Shown: piece after piece, positions 29,966-39,146 of the stretch | Numbering within the stretch: position 1 is the stretch's first letter | Layout: every line of letters begins with the position of its first letter | Source of the DNA: Alphaproteobacteria bacterium | GTDB taxonomy: Bacteria; Pseudomonadota; Alphaproteobacteria; SP197 | DNA length: 64,000 nt | NCBI GenBank assembly: GCA_965228895.1 | Contig: OZ245842.1 | Location: 5,464,409-5,528,408 of the forward strand | Reading direction: 5' to 3' | The notes under the pieces: model-generated | What the model was told of the DNA's origin: nothing | Seen by the model: the letters and a program-made list of their open reading frames with translations, nothing else | Database searches by the model: none | Program-made: the position numbers and the translations under genes

Positions 29966-30910
29966 TCAGTCGGCCAACAGCGTGTCGACGGCGGCCATCT
30001 CGTCTGGCGTCAGGCGCCAAGCCGTCACCGCCGCGGCGTTGGCTTTGACCTGCGCGGGCTTTGTCGCGCCGCAGATCACCGTCGCGACAACGGCTTGACT
30101 GGCCAGCCAGCCGATCGCGAGCTCCAGCAGCGTGTGGCCGTGGTCCGCAGCAAAAGCGGTCAAGCGGTCAATACGATCGAAGTTCGCCTCTGACAGCATG
30201 GCCGCATAACGCGCGTCGTCGCCACCCAGGCGGTTGCCCTTGGCCGCTTTCTTCCCGCGCTTGTACTTGCCCGACAGCAGGCCCATCGCGAGCGGGAAAT
30301 AGGGCATGATGCCCATACCGAAGTGGTCACATGCGGGCACCACCTCGGTCTCGATGTCGCGCTCCAAAAGGTTCCATTCGTTCTGCGCGACGATGAAGGG
30401 ATGCGAGCGCGCCTCGCGTGCCAGCCAATGGGCATGGGCGATTTGCCAGCCCGCATAGTTCGAGCAGCCGGCATAGCGGATCTTGCCCTGATCGATCAGG
30501 GTGCCGAAGGTATCCAGCGTTTCCTCAATCGGCGTATGAGGATCGGGCGCGTGATGCAGATAGACGTCGATGTGGTCGGTGCCCAAGCGCTTCAGGCTGG
30601 CCTCGCACGACTTGATGATATAGCCGCGCGCGCCGCGCGGGATATCGCGCTGATCGGCGCCGCGCTTCATGCCGCATTTGGTCACGATCACCGCATCGTG
30701 GCGCTTCTTGCCCAACGCCTTGCCTAGGAACGTCTCCGACCGGCCGTCATCATACATGTCGGCGGTATCAAACAGGGTGACGCCCGAGTCGAGCGCGGCT
30801 TGGACGACCTTCTTGGCCTCCGGCTCCTCGATCCACCAGCCCAGCGTGTTGCAGCCGATACCGGCCAGCGAGACGTGCAGGCCCGACCGGCCCATGGTGC
30901 GGTATTCCAT
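29966..30910 (-). CDS. aldo/keto reductase
   Basis: MEYRTMGRSGL, FDTADMY, SLKRLGTDHIDVY, GCSNY, PYFPLAMGLLSGKY. Confidence 0.92.
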   Translation of the reverse strand: MEYRTMGRSGLHVSLAGIGCNTLGWWIEEPEAKKVVQAALDSGVTLFDTADMYDDGRSETFLGKALGKKRHDAVIVTKCGMKRGADQRDIPRGARGYIIKSCEASLKRLGTDHIDVYLHHAPDPHTPIEETLDTFGTLIDQGKIRYAGCSNYAGWQIAHAHWLAREARSHPFIVAQNEWNLLERDIETEVVPACDHFGMGIMPYFPLAMGLLSGKYKRGKKAAKGNRLGGDDARYAAMLSEANFDRIDRLTAFAADHGHTLLELAIGWLASQAVVATVICGATKPAQVKANAAAVTAWRLTPDEMAAVDTLLAD

Positions 30911-31012
30911 CTGATCCTCCGATTCTGGCGCGGGACTGTAGCGCCGATCGGGCGATCGGTGAACGACCGCCGGCTTGCTCTCGTCGTGCAGGCAGTCTAG
31001 GTCAAGGTCACC

Positions 31013-31648
31013 ATGACCGGCGACCCCAACCTTCACTTCGGCCCATCCCTGCGCGCCACGATCACGACCAACCTGGACAGGTTGGACCGCATGCACCATG
31101 ACGACGCCGGGCTGAAGCGCGCGGCCGTCGCCTTCGTGGTTGTCGAGGGGGAGGGCGACGAAGGCGCCTTTGTCCTGACCAGGCGTTCGAGCCGGCTCAA
31201 GCGTCACAAAGGCCAGTGGGCGCTGCCCGGTGGCCGGTTGGATCCCGGCGAGACGCCGGTTATCGCGGCGTTACGCGAGCTTTCCGAGGAGGTCGAGCTT
31301 GAGTTGACGGCCGATGCGGTCCTCGGCCTGCTTGACGACTATCCCACCCGTTCGGGCTACCTGATCACACCGGTCGTCGTGTGGGCGGGGACGGCCGCGA
31401 CCATGACGGCCAATCCAGACGAGGTCGAGACGATCCATCGGATCGCGTTTCGCGATCTGTTCAGACCGGATTCGCCGGAGTTCGTGACCATCCCCGAAAG
31501 TGACCGCCCGGTCATTCGCATGCCGATTGCCGGCTCGAAGATCCATGCGCCGACCGCCGCCTTCATCTACCAGTTCCGCGAAGTCGGCCTGTGCGGCCGC
31601 AACACGCGTGTCGCCCACCTGGAGCAGCCGGTCTTCGCATGGCGCTGA
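31013..31648 (+). CDS. CoA pyrophosphatase (Nudix, NudL-like)
   Basis: LTRRSSRLKRHKGQWALPGG and Nudix box ALRELSEEVEL; NPDEV. Confidence 0.87.
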   Translation: MTGDPNLHFGPSLRATITTNLDRLDRMHHDDAGLKRAAVAFVVVEGEGDEGAFVLTRRSSRLKRHKGQWALPGGRLDPGETPVIAALRELSEEVELELTADAVLGLLDDYPTRSGYLITPVVVWAGTAATMTANPDEVETIHRIAFRDLFRPDSPEFVTIPESDRPVIRMPIAGSKIHAPTAAFIYQFREVGLCGRNTRVAHLEQPVFAWR

Positions 31649-31652
31649 GACC

Positions 31653-33743
31653 TTAAGCGACCTTCAGCCAGACGGACGTGTCGTGGAACAGGCCACCGCC
31701 GACCGGCGCGCCGGGATCTGATGTAATCAGCAGATTAATGCCGACACCTTCTTCGAAGGCATGGTTGGGCCAAACACTCTCGACAATCACCGTGCCACGC
31801 TGGAGACCTTCAAAGAGTTCGGTATGCAGGACGAGGCTGCCCAGGTCGTTGCCGATACGCACCCTCGTGCCGTCGCCGATACCGAGCGGCGTGGCATCGT
31901 CGGGGTGAACTTTCACCGTTGGCCGGCCTTCCTGTGCGATCGATGTCGGCGTTTCGGTGAAGCTGGAGTTCAGGAAGTGCCGCGCCGGTGCGGTGACCAG
32001 GCGAAACGGTCGTTCTTTCGTTGCCTTGTCGATGACATCCCAGTGGTCGGGCAGGCTGGGCATGCTGTCGGGTACGCCGGCAGGGCCAAACGTGTTGAGG
32101 GAATGCGTCCAGTCGGCCTTGAACCGGAAACGCCCGTCGGCATGGCCGAAACCGTTCATGAAGTGGGCCGTGTCGAAATCCGGTTGTACATCGATCCACC
32201 GATTGTCCTTCAGGGTCGCAAGACCGGGCCAGCCGGACGACGCCAGCATGTTTTCGATTAGATCCTCAGGCGTCATGGAAAATCCTGGATGGTCGTTTGC
32301 CACGCCAAGCCTTTCGGCCAAGGCGACGATGACCTCATGATTGGAGCGGCAGGCGCCCGGTGCCTCGACAACCTTCGGGCCGAACATGATGTGCTGGTGA
32401 CCGCCGCCCTGATAGAGGTCGTCGTGTTCCAGGAACATGGTCGCCGGCAAGACAATGTCGGCCATCTGGGCGGTTTCGGTCATGAACTGCTCGTGTACGC
32501 AGACGAACAGGTCGTCGCGGGCGAAGCCTTGGTGCACCTTCGCCAGGTCAGGCGCCACCATCATCGGATTGGTGTTCTGGATGATCATGGCAGTCACCGG
32601 CGGACCGTCTTTCAGTGCGTCGCGGTCGCCGTCCAGGATCGGGCCGATGCGTGACTGATCGAGCACGCGTATCGACGGGTCAAGGACGTCCAGCCCCTCG
32701 TTCATGGTGCGATCCCAATGATAGATCGCGCCGTTGTTGTGAAACGCGCCGCCGCCTTCGTACTGCCAGCAGCCGGTCACGCTTGCGATGCATGTCGCTG
32801 CATGCATGGCAACCGCACCGTTGCGGCCCCGGCAAAAGCCGTAACCAAGGCGAAGAAATGTCTTCTTGGTCTTGCCGATCATATGGGCGAACGCCTCGAT
32901 CTCTCGCGCCGGCACGCCGCAGATGGCTTCGGCCCATGCCGGCGTCCGGGTTGCCAGATGCGCTTCCAGTTCATCCGGCACGTCGGTGAACTGTGCCATG
33001 TAGTCGCGGTCGGCCAGATCGTCGCGAAACAGGACATGCATGACGGCACAGGCGAGCGCGGCATCGGTGCCGGGCCTGACACACAGGAAGTAATCGGCCT
33101 GTTGCGCGGTGGCGTTTTCATAGGCATCGATGACAACGATTTTCGCACCGCGTTCTTTTCGCGCGCGGATCGCGTGGGTCATCACGTTGACCTGGGTGTT
33201 GACCGCGTTGGTACCCCAGATGACGATGAGGTCGCTTTTGGCCATCTCGCGTGGATCGGGGCCACGCAAGGACCCTGTCGCGGTGATGTAACCGGACCGC
33301 GCAAGCGTCGTACAGATGGTGCTGTGCTGGCCGGCATACTTCTTGACGTGGCGTAACCGGTTGATGCCGTCACGCATCACGAAACCCATGGTGCCGGCAT
33401 AGTAATAGGGCCATACGGCTTCAGAACCCGACGCCTGTTCAGCGGCAACAAATCGCTCGGCGACCTCGTCGAGCGCGTCATCCCAGGAAATGGGCTCGTA
33501 GGCACCGCTGCCCTTGTCCCCGGTGAGGCGCATGGGTTGCAGCAAACGGTCGGGATGGTGGATGCGCTCGGCATAGCGCGCGACCTTGGCGCAGATGACA
33601 CCGGCCGTGTAGGTGTTGTCGCGTGCGCCGCGAATCCGGCCGATCGTGTCATCGTCGATTTTTTCGACTTCCAGAGCGCACGTACTCGGACAATCATGCG
33701 GGCAGGCGCTGAAGTGGATGTCGGGCGAAACGACGCTGGCCAT
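31653..33743 (-). CDS. molybdopterin (bis-MGD) oxidoreductase, DMSO reductase family, uncharacterised clade
   Basis: CPHDCPSTC...ICAK 4Fe-4S motif, ISWDDAL, RPGTDAALA, ADIVLPAT, LNSSF. Confidence 0.9.
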   Translation of the reverse strand: MASVVSPDIHFSACPHDCPSTCALEVEKIDDDTIGRIRGARDNTYTAGVICAKVARYAERIHHPDRLLQPMRLTGDKGSGAYEPISWDDALDEVAERFVAAEQASGSEAVWPYYYAGTMGFVMRDGINRLRHVKKYAGQHSTICTTLARSGYITATGSLRGPDPREMAKSDLIVIWGTNAVNTQVNVMTHAIRARKERGAKIVVIDAYENATAQQADYFLCVRPGTDAALACAVMHVLFRDDLADRDYMAQFTDVPDELEAHLATRTPAWAEAICGVPAREIEAFAHMIGKTKKTFLRLGYGFCRGRNGAVAMHAATCIASVTGCWQYEGGGAFHNNGAIYHWDRTMNEGLDVLDPSIRVLDQSRIGPILDGDRDALKDGPPVTAMIIQNTNPMMVAPDLAKVHQGFARDDLFVCVHEQFMTETAQMADIVLPATMFLEHDDLYQGGGHQHIMFGPKVVEAPGACRSNHEVIVALAERLGVANDHPGFSMTPEDLIENMLASSGWPGLATLKDNRWIDVQPDFDTAHFMNGFGHADGRFRFKADWTHSLNTFGPAGVPDSMPSLPDHWDVIDKATKERPFRLVTAPARHFLNSSFTETPTSIAQEGRPTVKVHPDDATPLGIGDGTRVRIGNDLGSLVLHTELFEGLQRGTVIVESVWPNHAFEEGVGINLLITSDPGAPVGGGLFHDTSVWLKVA

Positions 33744-33831
33744 GGCTTCTCCTGGGTTGCCGCGAACCTAGCGCGAATGCGGCCGATGCGCCAAGATAGG
33801 CTCCGCATCCGCAGCAGGGGGAGGCTGAACG

Positions 33832-34191
33832 ATGAAAGCCGCATGGATTGCACTGGCCGTGCTGTTGACGGCAACACCGGCCGCTGCACAAGACTCCTTG
33901 TCGGGTACCTGGAACAGTGGCCTCGGCGGTATGACGCTGAAGTTCGACAGCACCATGGAAACCTACACCATGGAACTGCAGAACCAGACGACCTATCAGG
34001 GAGACTATACGGTCTCCGGCCAGTCGGTGACGTTCGAGAACGCCTTTGGCAGTCAGGTCTGTCCGGGGGTCAAGGGCATCTACAACTTCAACGTCCTTGC
34101 CAATTCCGTTGAGTTCCTCGTGATCGAGGATCAGTGCACCGCCCGGCGTGACCATCTGCGCGGCACCTGGACAAGCACGAGTTTGCTCTAG
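33832..34191 (+). CDS. hypothetical secreted beta-rich protein
   Basis: GGAGG RBS, signal peptide ending AAA/Q, repeated GTW motif, two Cys. Confidence 0.7.
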   Translation: MKAAWIALAVLLTATPAAAQDSLSGTWNSGLGGMTLKFDSTMETYTMELQNQTTYQGDYTVSGQSVTFENAFGSQVCPGVKGIYNFNVLANSVEFLVIEDQCTARRDHLRGTWTSTSLL

Positions 34192-34231
34192 CCAGGGGTT
34201 GATTGAGATCCTTTTTGCCCAAGGGTGATCG

Positions 34232-35053
34232 ATGCCGAACGAAGGCGATTCAGACCACTATTATCTGGGTGTGCATAAGGATGCGTTTCGGCGTTACCGG
34301 ATGTTCAACGAGGTCAACATGCCGGGGACCGCAAGCCGTCTCGCGGATCTGCCTCTGACGACGGACATGCACGTTCTTGAGGTCGGCTGCGGAATCGGCG
34401 ATACCGCGCGCCACTTCGCCCAGAACGTCGTGCCGAATGGCCACGTCACGGCCTTCGATCAAGCAAGCGATATCATCGAGATTGCCAAGAAAGAGGCACA
34501 TGATGCCGGCATCAATAACATCTCGTTCGTTTGCGCTCACGCCCAGGATTTCGACTACGGCAGCAACCGTTTCGACCTCGCGCACACGCGCTATGTCCTG
34601 TCCTATTCACCGGATGCAGCAAGCATCGTCGCCAGTATCTTCGGCGCGCTGAAACCGAAGGGCATGTTCTTCGGCGAGGAGGTCGCCCAAAGCTATGTCA
34701 AACACGGCAAATCCGACTGGATCGAAAAACTCAAAGCTTGGTTTACGGCCCTGATCGAGCATGGCGGCGGAAACCCCAACTATGGTCTCGATCAGCTTCC
34801 GTCGGACATGATTTCAGCCGGCTTTGAAAACCTGCACGTCAACGGCTTCTGGCCGATGCAAGATCAGGCGGAAGTCGTTGCGATGCTTCGGCTCGCGCTG
34901 TCGAACGAGATGAGACCGAATCTGGTCGCGCTGGGCGTTGCGACCGACGACGAGATCGATGCGGTGGTCGCAGCGGCACAGGTGCCGGGGAAAGACTTCG
35001 TCGTCAGCGCCGCAGCCGCCATACAGGTGGTCGGCTACAAACCCTCAGCCTAG
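34232..35053 (+). CDS. class I SAM-dependent methyltransferase
   Basis: VLEVGCGIG motif I, FDLAHTR, ALKPKG. Confidence 0.87.
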   Translation: MPNEGDSDHYYLGVHKDAFRRYRMFNEVNMPGTASRLADLPLTTDMHVLEVGCGIGDTARHFAQNVVPNGHVTAFDQASDIIEIAKKEAHDAGINNISFVCAHAQDFDYGSNRFDLAHTRYVLSYSPDAASIVASIFGALKPKGMFFGEEVAQSYVKHGKSDWIEKLKAWFTALIEHGGGNPNYGLDQLPSDMISAGFENLHVNGFWPMQDQAEVVAMLRLALSNEMRPNLVALGVATDDEIDAVVAAAQVPGKDFVVSAAAAIQVVGYKPSA

Positions 35054-35114
35054 AGCAGATTCTGTTTTGATGGATTCGCTTCGCGATGACATTAAGACAG
35101 ATGTATCTGCTCTA
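35050..35114. repeat. TAGAGC-ended palindromic element, copy 3
   Basis: TAGAGCAGAT/ATCTGCTCTA perfect 10-bp ends; first TAG is the methyltransferase stop. Confidence 0.75.
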
Positions 35115-35125
35115 CTCATCGATAA

Positions 35126-35189
35126 AGAGCGGATTCACATGGTGAGATGGGACCGTCAAGCGGCTCCATCTCACCATGATCCGCTCTAG
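35126..35189. repeat. TAGAGC-ended palindromic element, copy 4
   Basis: AGAGCGGAT-TCA-CATGGTGAGATGG...CCATCTCACCATG-ATCCGCTCTAG. Confidence 0.78.
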
Positions 35190-35202
35190 GCAGCACAACA
35201 CC

Positions 35203-35682
35203 TCAGCGCTTTCTCGGCTGCCCGATCGCACGCCCGGCATTGTCGGGCCGCTCAAGCTTGGTGTGGCGCGCCAGTATCTCCTGAAGTCGCTCCTGAACGT
35301 CTTCCTTGAAGATCTCAAGGCCACGCTCATTGAGATTGAAACCCAGTGCCATCACCTCGTTGGTTGCCGCCCGGTAACCGTTCTCCGCGTGGTACATCGT
35401 GTGGAACAGGCGAAAGCGTTTGGCGTCGGCGTCCAGAAGCTGGGTGGTGATGCGCAGCGGATCGCCTTCGCGTACCTCATCCAGATAGTTCACGTGCGCC
35501 TCGACCACCGCGTACTCGCTGCCATCGCGGTCCTCCAGCTTTCGATCGCCGTTGACGATGTCCCAGAAGTTGAAGGTCGCGCTGTCGCAGATCAGCACAT
35601 AGTAGGCCATGTTCAGATGACCGAACTCGTCGATCCATTCCGGTCGGACGACGGTGTCATAGGTCATGAGGTCGTCGGTCAT
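35203..35682 (-). CDS. thioesterase family protein (4HBT-like hotdog fold)
   Basis: VRPEWIDEFGHLNMAYY, EAHVNYLDEV, DAKRFRLFH. Confidence 0.85.
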   Translation of the reverse strand: MTDDLMTYDTVVRPEWIDEFGHLNMAYYVLICDSATFNFWDIVNGDRKLEDRDGSEYAVVEAHVNYLDEVREGDPLRITTQLLDADAKRFRLFHTMYHAENGYRAATNEVMALGFNLNERGLEIFKEDVQERLQEILARHTKLERPDNAGRAIGQPRKR

Positions 35683-35816
35683 GGAGTTTCCCTGGGCAGG
35701 TTCGTGATGGCGCGGCGGGCGTTGTCATAGCCGACCAGATTGGCCGCGACAATGGGTAGCGGGCGGGCGCCGGGCTTGCCATCATGCGGCCGTCCATCAC
35801 CCCGGAGAGCCCCGCC

Positions 35817-36971
35817 ATGACCTATCTGCATTTTACCGAAGACGAGCTGGCAACACGCCGCGCGAAAACGGTCGAGGCGATGGTGGAGCGCGGGTTCGAT
35901 GCGCTGCTGCTTTTTAAGCAGGAGAGCATGTACTACCTGACCGGCTACGACACCGCCGGGTACTCGTTGTTTCAGTGCTTTATGCTGTTCGCCGACGGAT
36001 CGATGACGTTGGTGACGCGCTCGGCTGACCGCGAGCAGGCGGCCTATACGTCGGTCATTCCCGATGTCCGTATCTGGGTCGACCGCGGCGGGGCCAACCC
36101 GGCCGACGACGTCAAAGCGGTTCTGGAGGAGAAGGGGATCGCCGGCGGCAAGGTCGGTGTCGAGCTGCACGCCTGGTGTCTGACCGGCCAGCGCTGGGTC
36201 ATGGTCGAAGGCGCGCTTGATGGGTTCTGTTCCTGGGAAGACGCCACCGACCTCGTGCAGTCGCAACGCATCGTCAAGAGCGAGAGTGAACTCGCCTATG
36301 TCCGCAAGGCCGGCGCTTTGGCCGATGCCGCGCTCAACGCGTTGCACGACGCGATCGAACCGGGCGTCGATGAAGGCCATCTCTACGCCGTCATGAACAA
36401 CGCGATCTTCGAGGGCGGCGGCGACTATCCGGCCAGCCGGGGCATCATCGGCTCGGGCGATGGCGCGCTGCTGGTGCGTTACTTCACCGGGCGCGCGAAG
36501 GTTGGCGCGGACGATCAGGTGCAGCTTGAGTTCGGTGCCGCCTATCGCCATTACCACGCCTGCATCATGCGAACGGTTCTCACCGGCAAGGCCGGCGCGC
36601 GGCACCAGGCGATGCACGCGGCCGGTGTTGAAGCGCTTGCCGCCTGCCAGGATGTCGCCAAGCCCGGCGCCCTGTTCGGCGATATCTATGACGCCCATGC
36701 CCGCGTCGTCGACGCCCACGGGCTCGAAGACTTCCGTCTTAACGCCTGCGGCTATTCGCTCTCGGCGAACTATTCGCCGTCGTGGATGGAGGAGCCGATG
36801 ATCTATCCGGCCAATCCGACGGTGATCGAGCCGGGCATGGTCATCTTCATGCACATGATCTTGGTCGATAGCTCAAATCGGCTTACGATGTCGCTCGGCG
36901 AAACCGGCATTGTGCATGCGGACCGTTTTGAGCCGGTTTCGGCCATGCCACACGATCTTGTGGTCAAATAG
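35817..36971 (+). CDS. M24 Xaa-Pro peptidase/creatinase-like hydrolase (ectoine hydrolase-like)
   Basis: ESMYYLTGYDT, VKSESEL, YRHYHACIMRT, CGYSLS, GETGIV. Confidence 0.85.
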   Translation: MTYLHFTEDELATRRAKTVEAMVERGFDALLLFKQESMYYLTGYDTAGYSLFQCFMLFADGSMTLVTRSADREQAAYTSVIPDVRIWVDRGGANPADDVKAVLEEKGIAGGKVGVELHAWCLTGQRWVMVEGALDGFCSWEDATDLVQSQRIVKSESELAYVRKAGALADAALNALHDAIEPGVDEGHLYAVMNNAIFEGGGDYPASRGIIGSGDGALLVRYFTGRAKVGADDQVQLEFGAAYRHYHACIMRTVLTGKAGARHQAMHAAGVEALAACQDVAKPGALFGDIYDAHARVVDAHGLEDFRLNACGYSLSANYSPSWMEEPMIYPANPTVIEPGMVIFMHMILVDSSNRLTMSLGETGIVHADRFEPVSAMPHDLVVK

Positions 36972-36986
36972 CCAAGGAACGTCGCC

Positions 36987-37811
36987 ATGCCTGACGTACC
37001 CGCCCGCGCCATAACCGACGACGACGTCGAAAAATTCGACACTGATGGCGTTGTCTGTCTGACAGGTGCCTTGCCGCAGCATTGGGTCCAGGTTCTGGAG
37101 CAGGGCATCGACAGTGCCATGGGGTCTGCCGGACCCTACACGCGCCGCCAGTCCGATGGCGATGATCCCGGGCTCTTCTTCAGCGATTACGGCGCGTCAT
37201 CGCGAGTGCCAGCCTTGATGGACTACGCGCTCCACTCGCCGGTTGCCGAGATCGCGGCGAGACTGCTTCGCTCAAGCCGGTCGAACTTCCTCTACGATGC
37301 CGTCTGGGTGAAGGAACCGGGTACGTCCAAACCGAGCGCCTGGCATCAGGACCAACCCTATTACGCGGTCGATGGACGGCAGATCTGCATTGTCTGGGCG
37401 CCGGTCGACCCGGTGCCAGAGGATGTGGTGCTGCGCTGCGTGCGGGGTTCTCACCGTTGGGGCAAGGCGTTCAAACCGCTGCGTTTCAAGGATCTTGGCG
37501 GGTACGGCCGCGCTGACGACGACGGTTACATCGAACCGCCGGATATCGACCGAGACTACGCCGACGCCATTCTCGCGCCTGCCATGGAACCGGGTGATCT
37601 GCTGGTTTTTCACGGCATGTGTATGCACGGCGCGCCGGGCAACAGTCAGGCGGTCCGTCGGCGACGGGTCGTTTCGACCACATGGGTCGGTGACGATGCC
37701 GTTTACATCGAACGTCCCGGCGAAATGGAACCCGATTTCTCCGATCGTGGGCTCAAACCGGGCGAGCCGCTGGATGCGCCGGCGTTCCCGCGGGTGTTTG
37801 AGCGGCGTTAG
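36987..37811 (+). CDS. phytanoyl-CoA dioxygenase (PhyH) family
   Basis: KEPGT, WHQD, GSHRW, MEPGDLLVFH, HGAPGN, RR. Confidence 0.88.
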   Translation: MPDVPARAITDDDVEKFDTDGVVCLTGALPQHWVQVLEQGIDSAMGSAGPYTRRQSDGDDPGLFFSDYGASSRVPALMDYALHSPVAEIAARLLRSSRSNFLYDAVWVKEPGTSKPSAWHQDQPYYAVDGRQICIVWAPVDPVPEDVVLRCVRGSHRWGKAFKPLRFKDLGGYGRADDDGYIEPPDIDRDYADAILAPAMEPGDLLVFHGMCMHGAPGNSQAVRRRRVVSTTWVGDDAVYIERPGEMEPDFSDRGLKPGEPLDAPAFPRVFERR

Positions 37812-39040
37812 ACGGTGTCGGCCGTCGCCATGGCCTGCGCCTCGAGAGCCATATAGTCGCGGACGATGGGCATGGCGTCGCGTTTGATCGACAGGATCAG
37901 TTGAAACACCATGTTGGAGCCGTGCAGGAAACCCAGCTCCACGGCACAGAGGTAGAACTCCCACATCCGGCAGAAGCGCTCGTCGTAGAGCTCGGCGGCT
38001 TTATCCCGGTTGGCGGTGAAGCGCTGCCGCCAATGTCGGATGGTGTAGTAATAGTGCAGGCGCAGGACTTCCATGTCGGCGACCCATAGACCGCAGCGTT
38101 CGGTCGCGGCAAAGGCTTCCGACAGTGCCGGCACATAACCGCCGGGGAAGATGTACTTGCGGATGAACGGGCTGGTCGTGCCGGGCGGCGCCATGCGACC
38201 GATACAGTGCACGAAGGCAAAACCGTCGTCGGTCAGCAGTTCCTTGATCTTGCCGAAGTATTCGTCGAAGTGGCCGACGCCGACATGTTCCATCATGCCG
38301 ATCGAGGTGATGCGGTCGAACTTGCCGGTCAGCTCGCGGTAGTCGACCTCCTTAAACGCGACGCGATCGGTTATCCCGGCCTGTTCCGCCCGAGATCTCG
38401 CGGTGGCAATCTGTTCGTGAGCGACGTTGATGCCGGTGACATGCACGTCGGCGGCGCGTGCCATGTACATGGCCGCCCCACCCCAGCCTGATCCAATGTC
38501 GCAGACACGCATGCCGGGCTCAAGCTTCAGCTTGGCCGTCATGCGGCGCAGTTTGTTTTGTTGCGCCTGCTCCAGCGTGTCGTTGTCGGGATCCTCGAAG
38601 AACGCGCAGCTGTAGTTCATGTCGTCGTCGAGAAACAATTGATAGAGCTCGGTCGACAGATCGTAGTGATGTTGGGCGTGCTCGGCGGCGCGGCCCAGGG
38701 GGTTATGCTGCTGCAGGCTTCGCAAGCGCCGCCATGCCGTGCGCAGCGCCTTCTGTGCGGGATGGCCGCCAAGGCCGCTGCGGTTGACAGAAAACAGATA
38801 CAGAAAGTCATAACACGTGCTGCCGTCTTCAAAGGTCAGCGTGCCGTCCATATAGGCTTCTGCCGCATTCAGTTCGGGGTTGCGGAACAGCTTTCCCGGC
38901 AGGGCGGGATCGTGAAGCCGAACCGTGACATCCGGCCCTTCGCCTTTGCCACCAAATTGATGCAAGCGACCGTCCGCGTCGTAGATCCGAAGCGTGCCGT
39001 TGCGAATGAAGCGGGTCAATAGATGAGACAGCATTCGCAT
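37808..39040 (-). CDS. cfa: cyclopropane-fatty-acyl-phospholipid synthase family
   Basis: HHYDLS, YSCAFF, DIGSGWGG, SIGMMEHVG, KYIFPGGY, RMWEFYL. Confidence 0.9.
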   Translation of the reverse strand: MRMLSHLLTRFIRNGTLRIYDADGRLHQFGGKGEGPDVTVRLHDPALPGKLFRNPELNAAEAYMDGTLTFEDGSTCYDFLYLFSVNRSGLGGHPAQKALRTAWRRLRSLQQHNPLGRAAEHAQHHYDLSTELYQLFLDDDMNYSCAFFEDPDNDTLEQAQQNKLRRMTAKLKLEPGMRVCDIGSGWGGAAMYMARAADVHVTGINVAHEQIATARSRAEQAGITDRVAFKEVDYRELTGKFDRITSIGMMEHVGVGHFDEYFGKIKELLTDDGFAFVHCIGRMAPPGTTSPFIRKYIFPGGYVPALSEAFAATERCGLWVADMEVLRLHYYYTIRHWRQRFTANRDKAAELYDERFCRMWEFYLCAVELGFLHGSNMVFQLILSIKRDAMPIVRDYMALEAQAMATADTV

Positions 39041-39146
39041 AGGTCTGGTCGCCTTCTAGTGCATTTGCGATGCTGGTGCGTTGCCGGTTTCCCACCTTAG
39101 CATCGTGCCAACCCTCATGCGAAACACCACCGGGACGCGTCTTGGA

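Noticed and set aside
29116-35189. Palindromic repeats as a CRISPR array
   Set aside because: They are dispersed, not regularly spaced direct repeats with unique spacers, and no cas genes are present.
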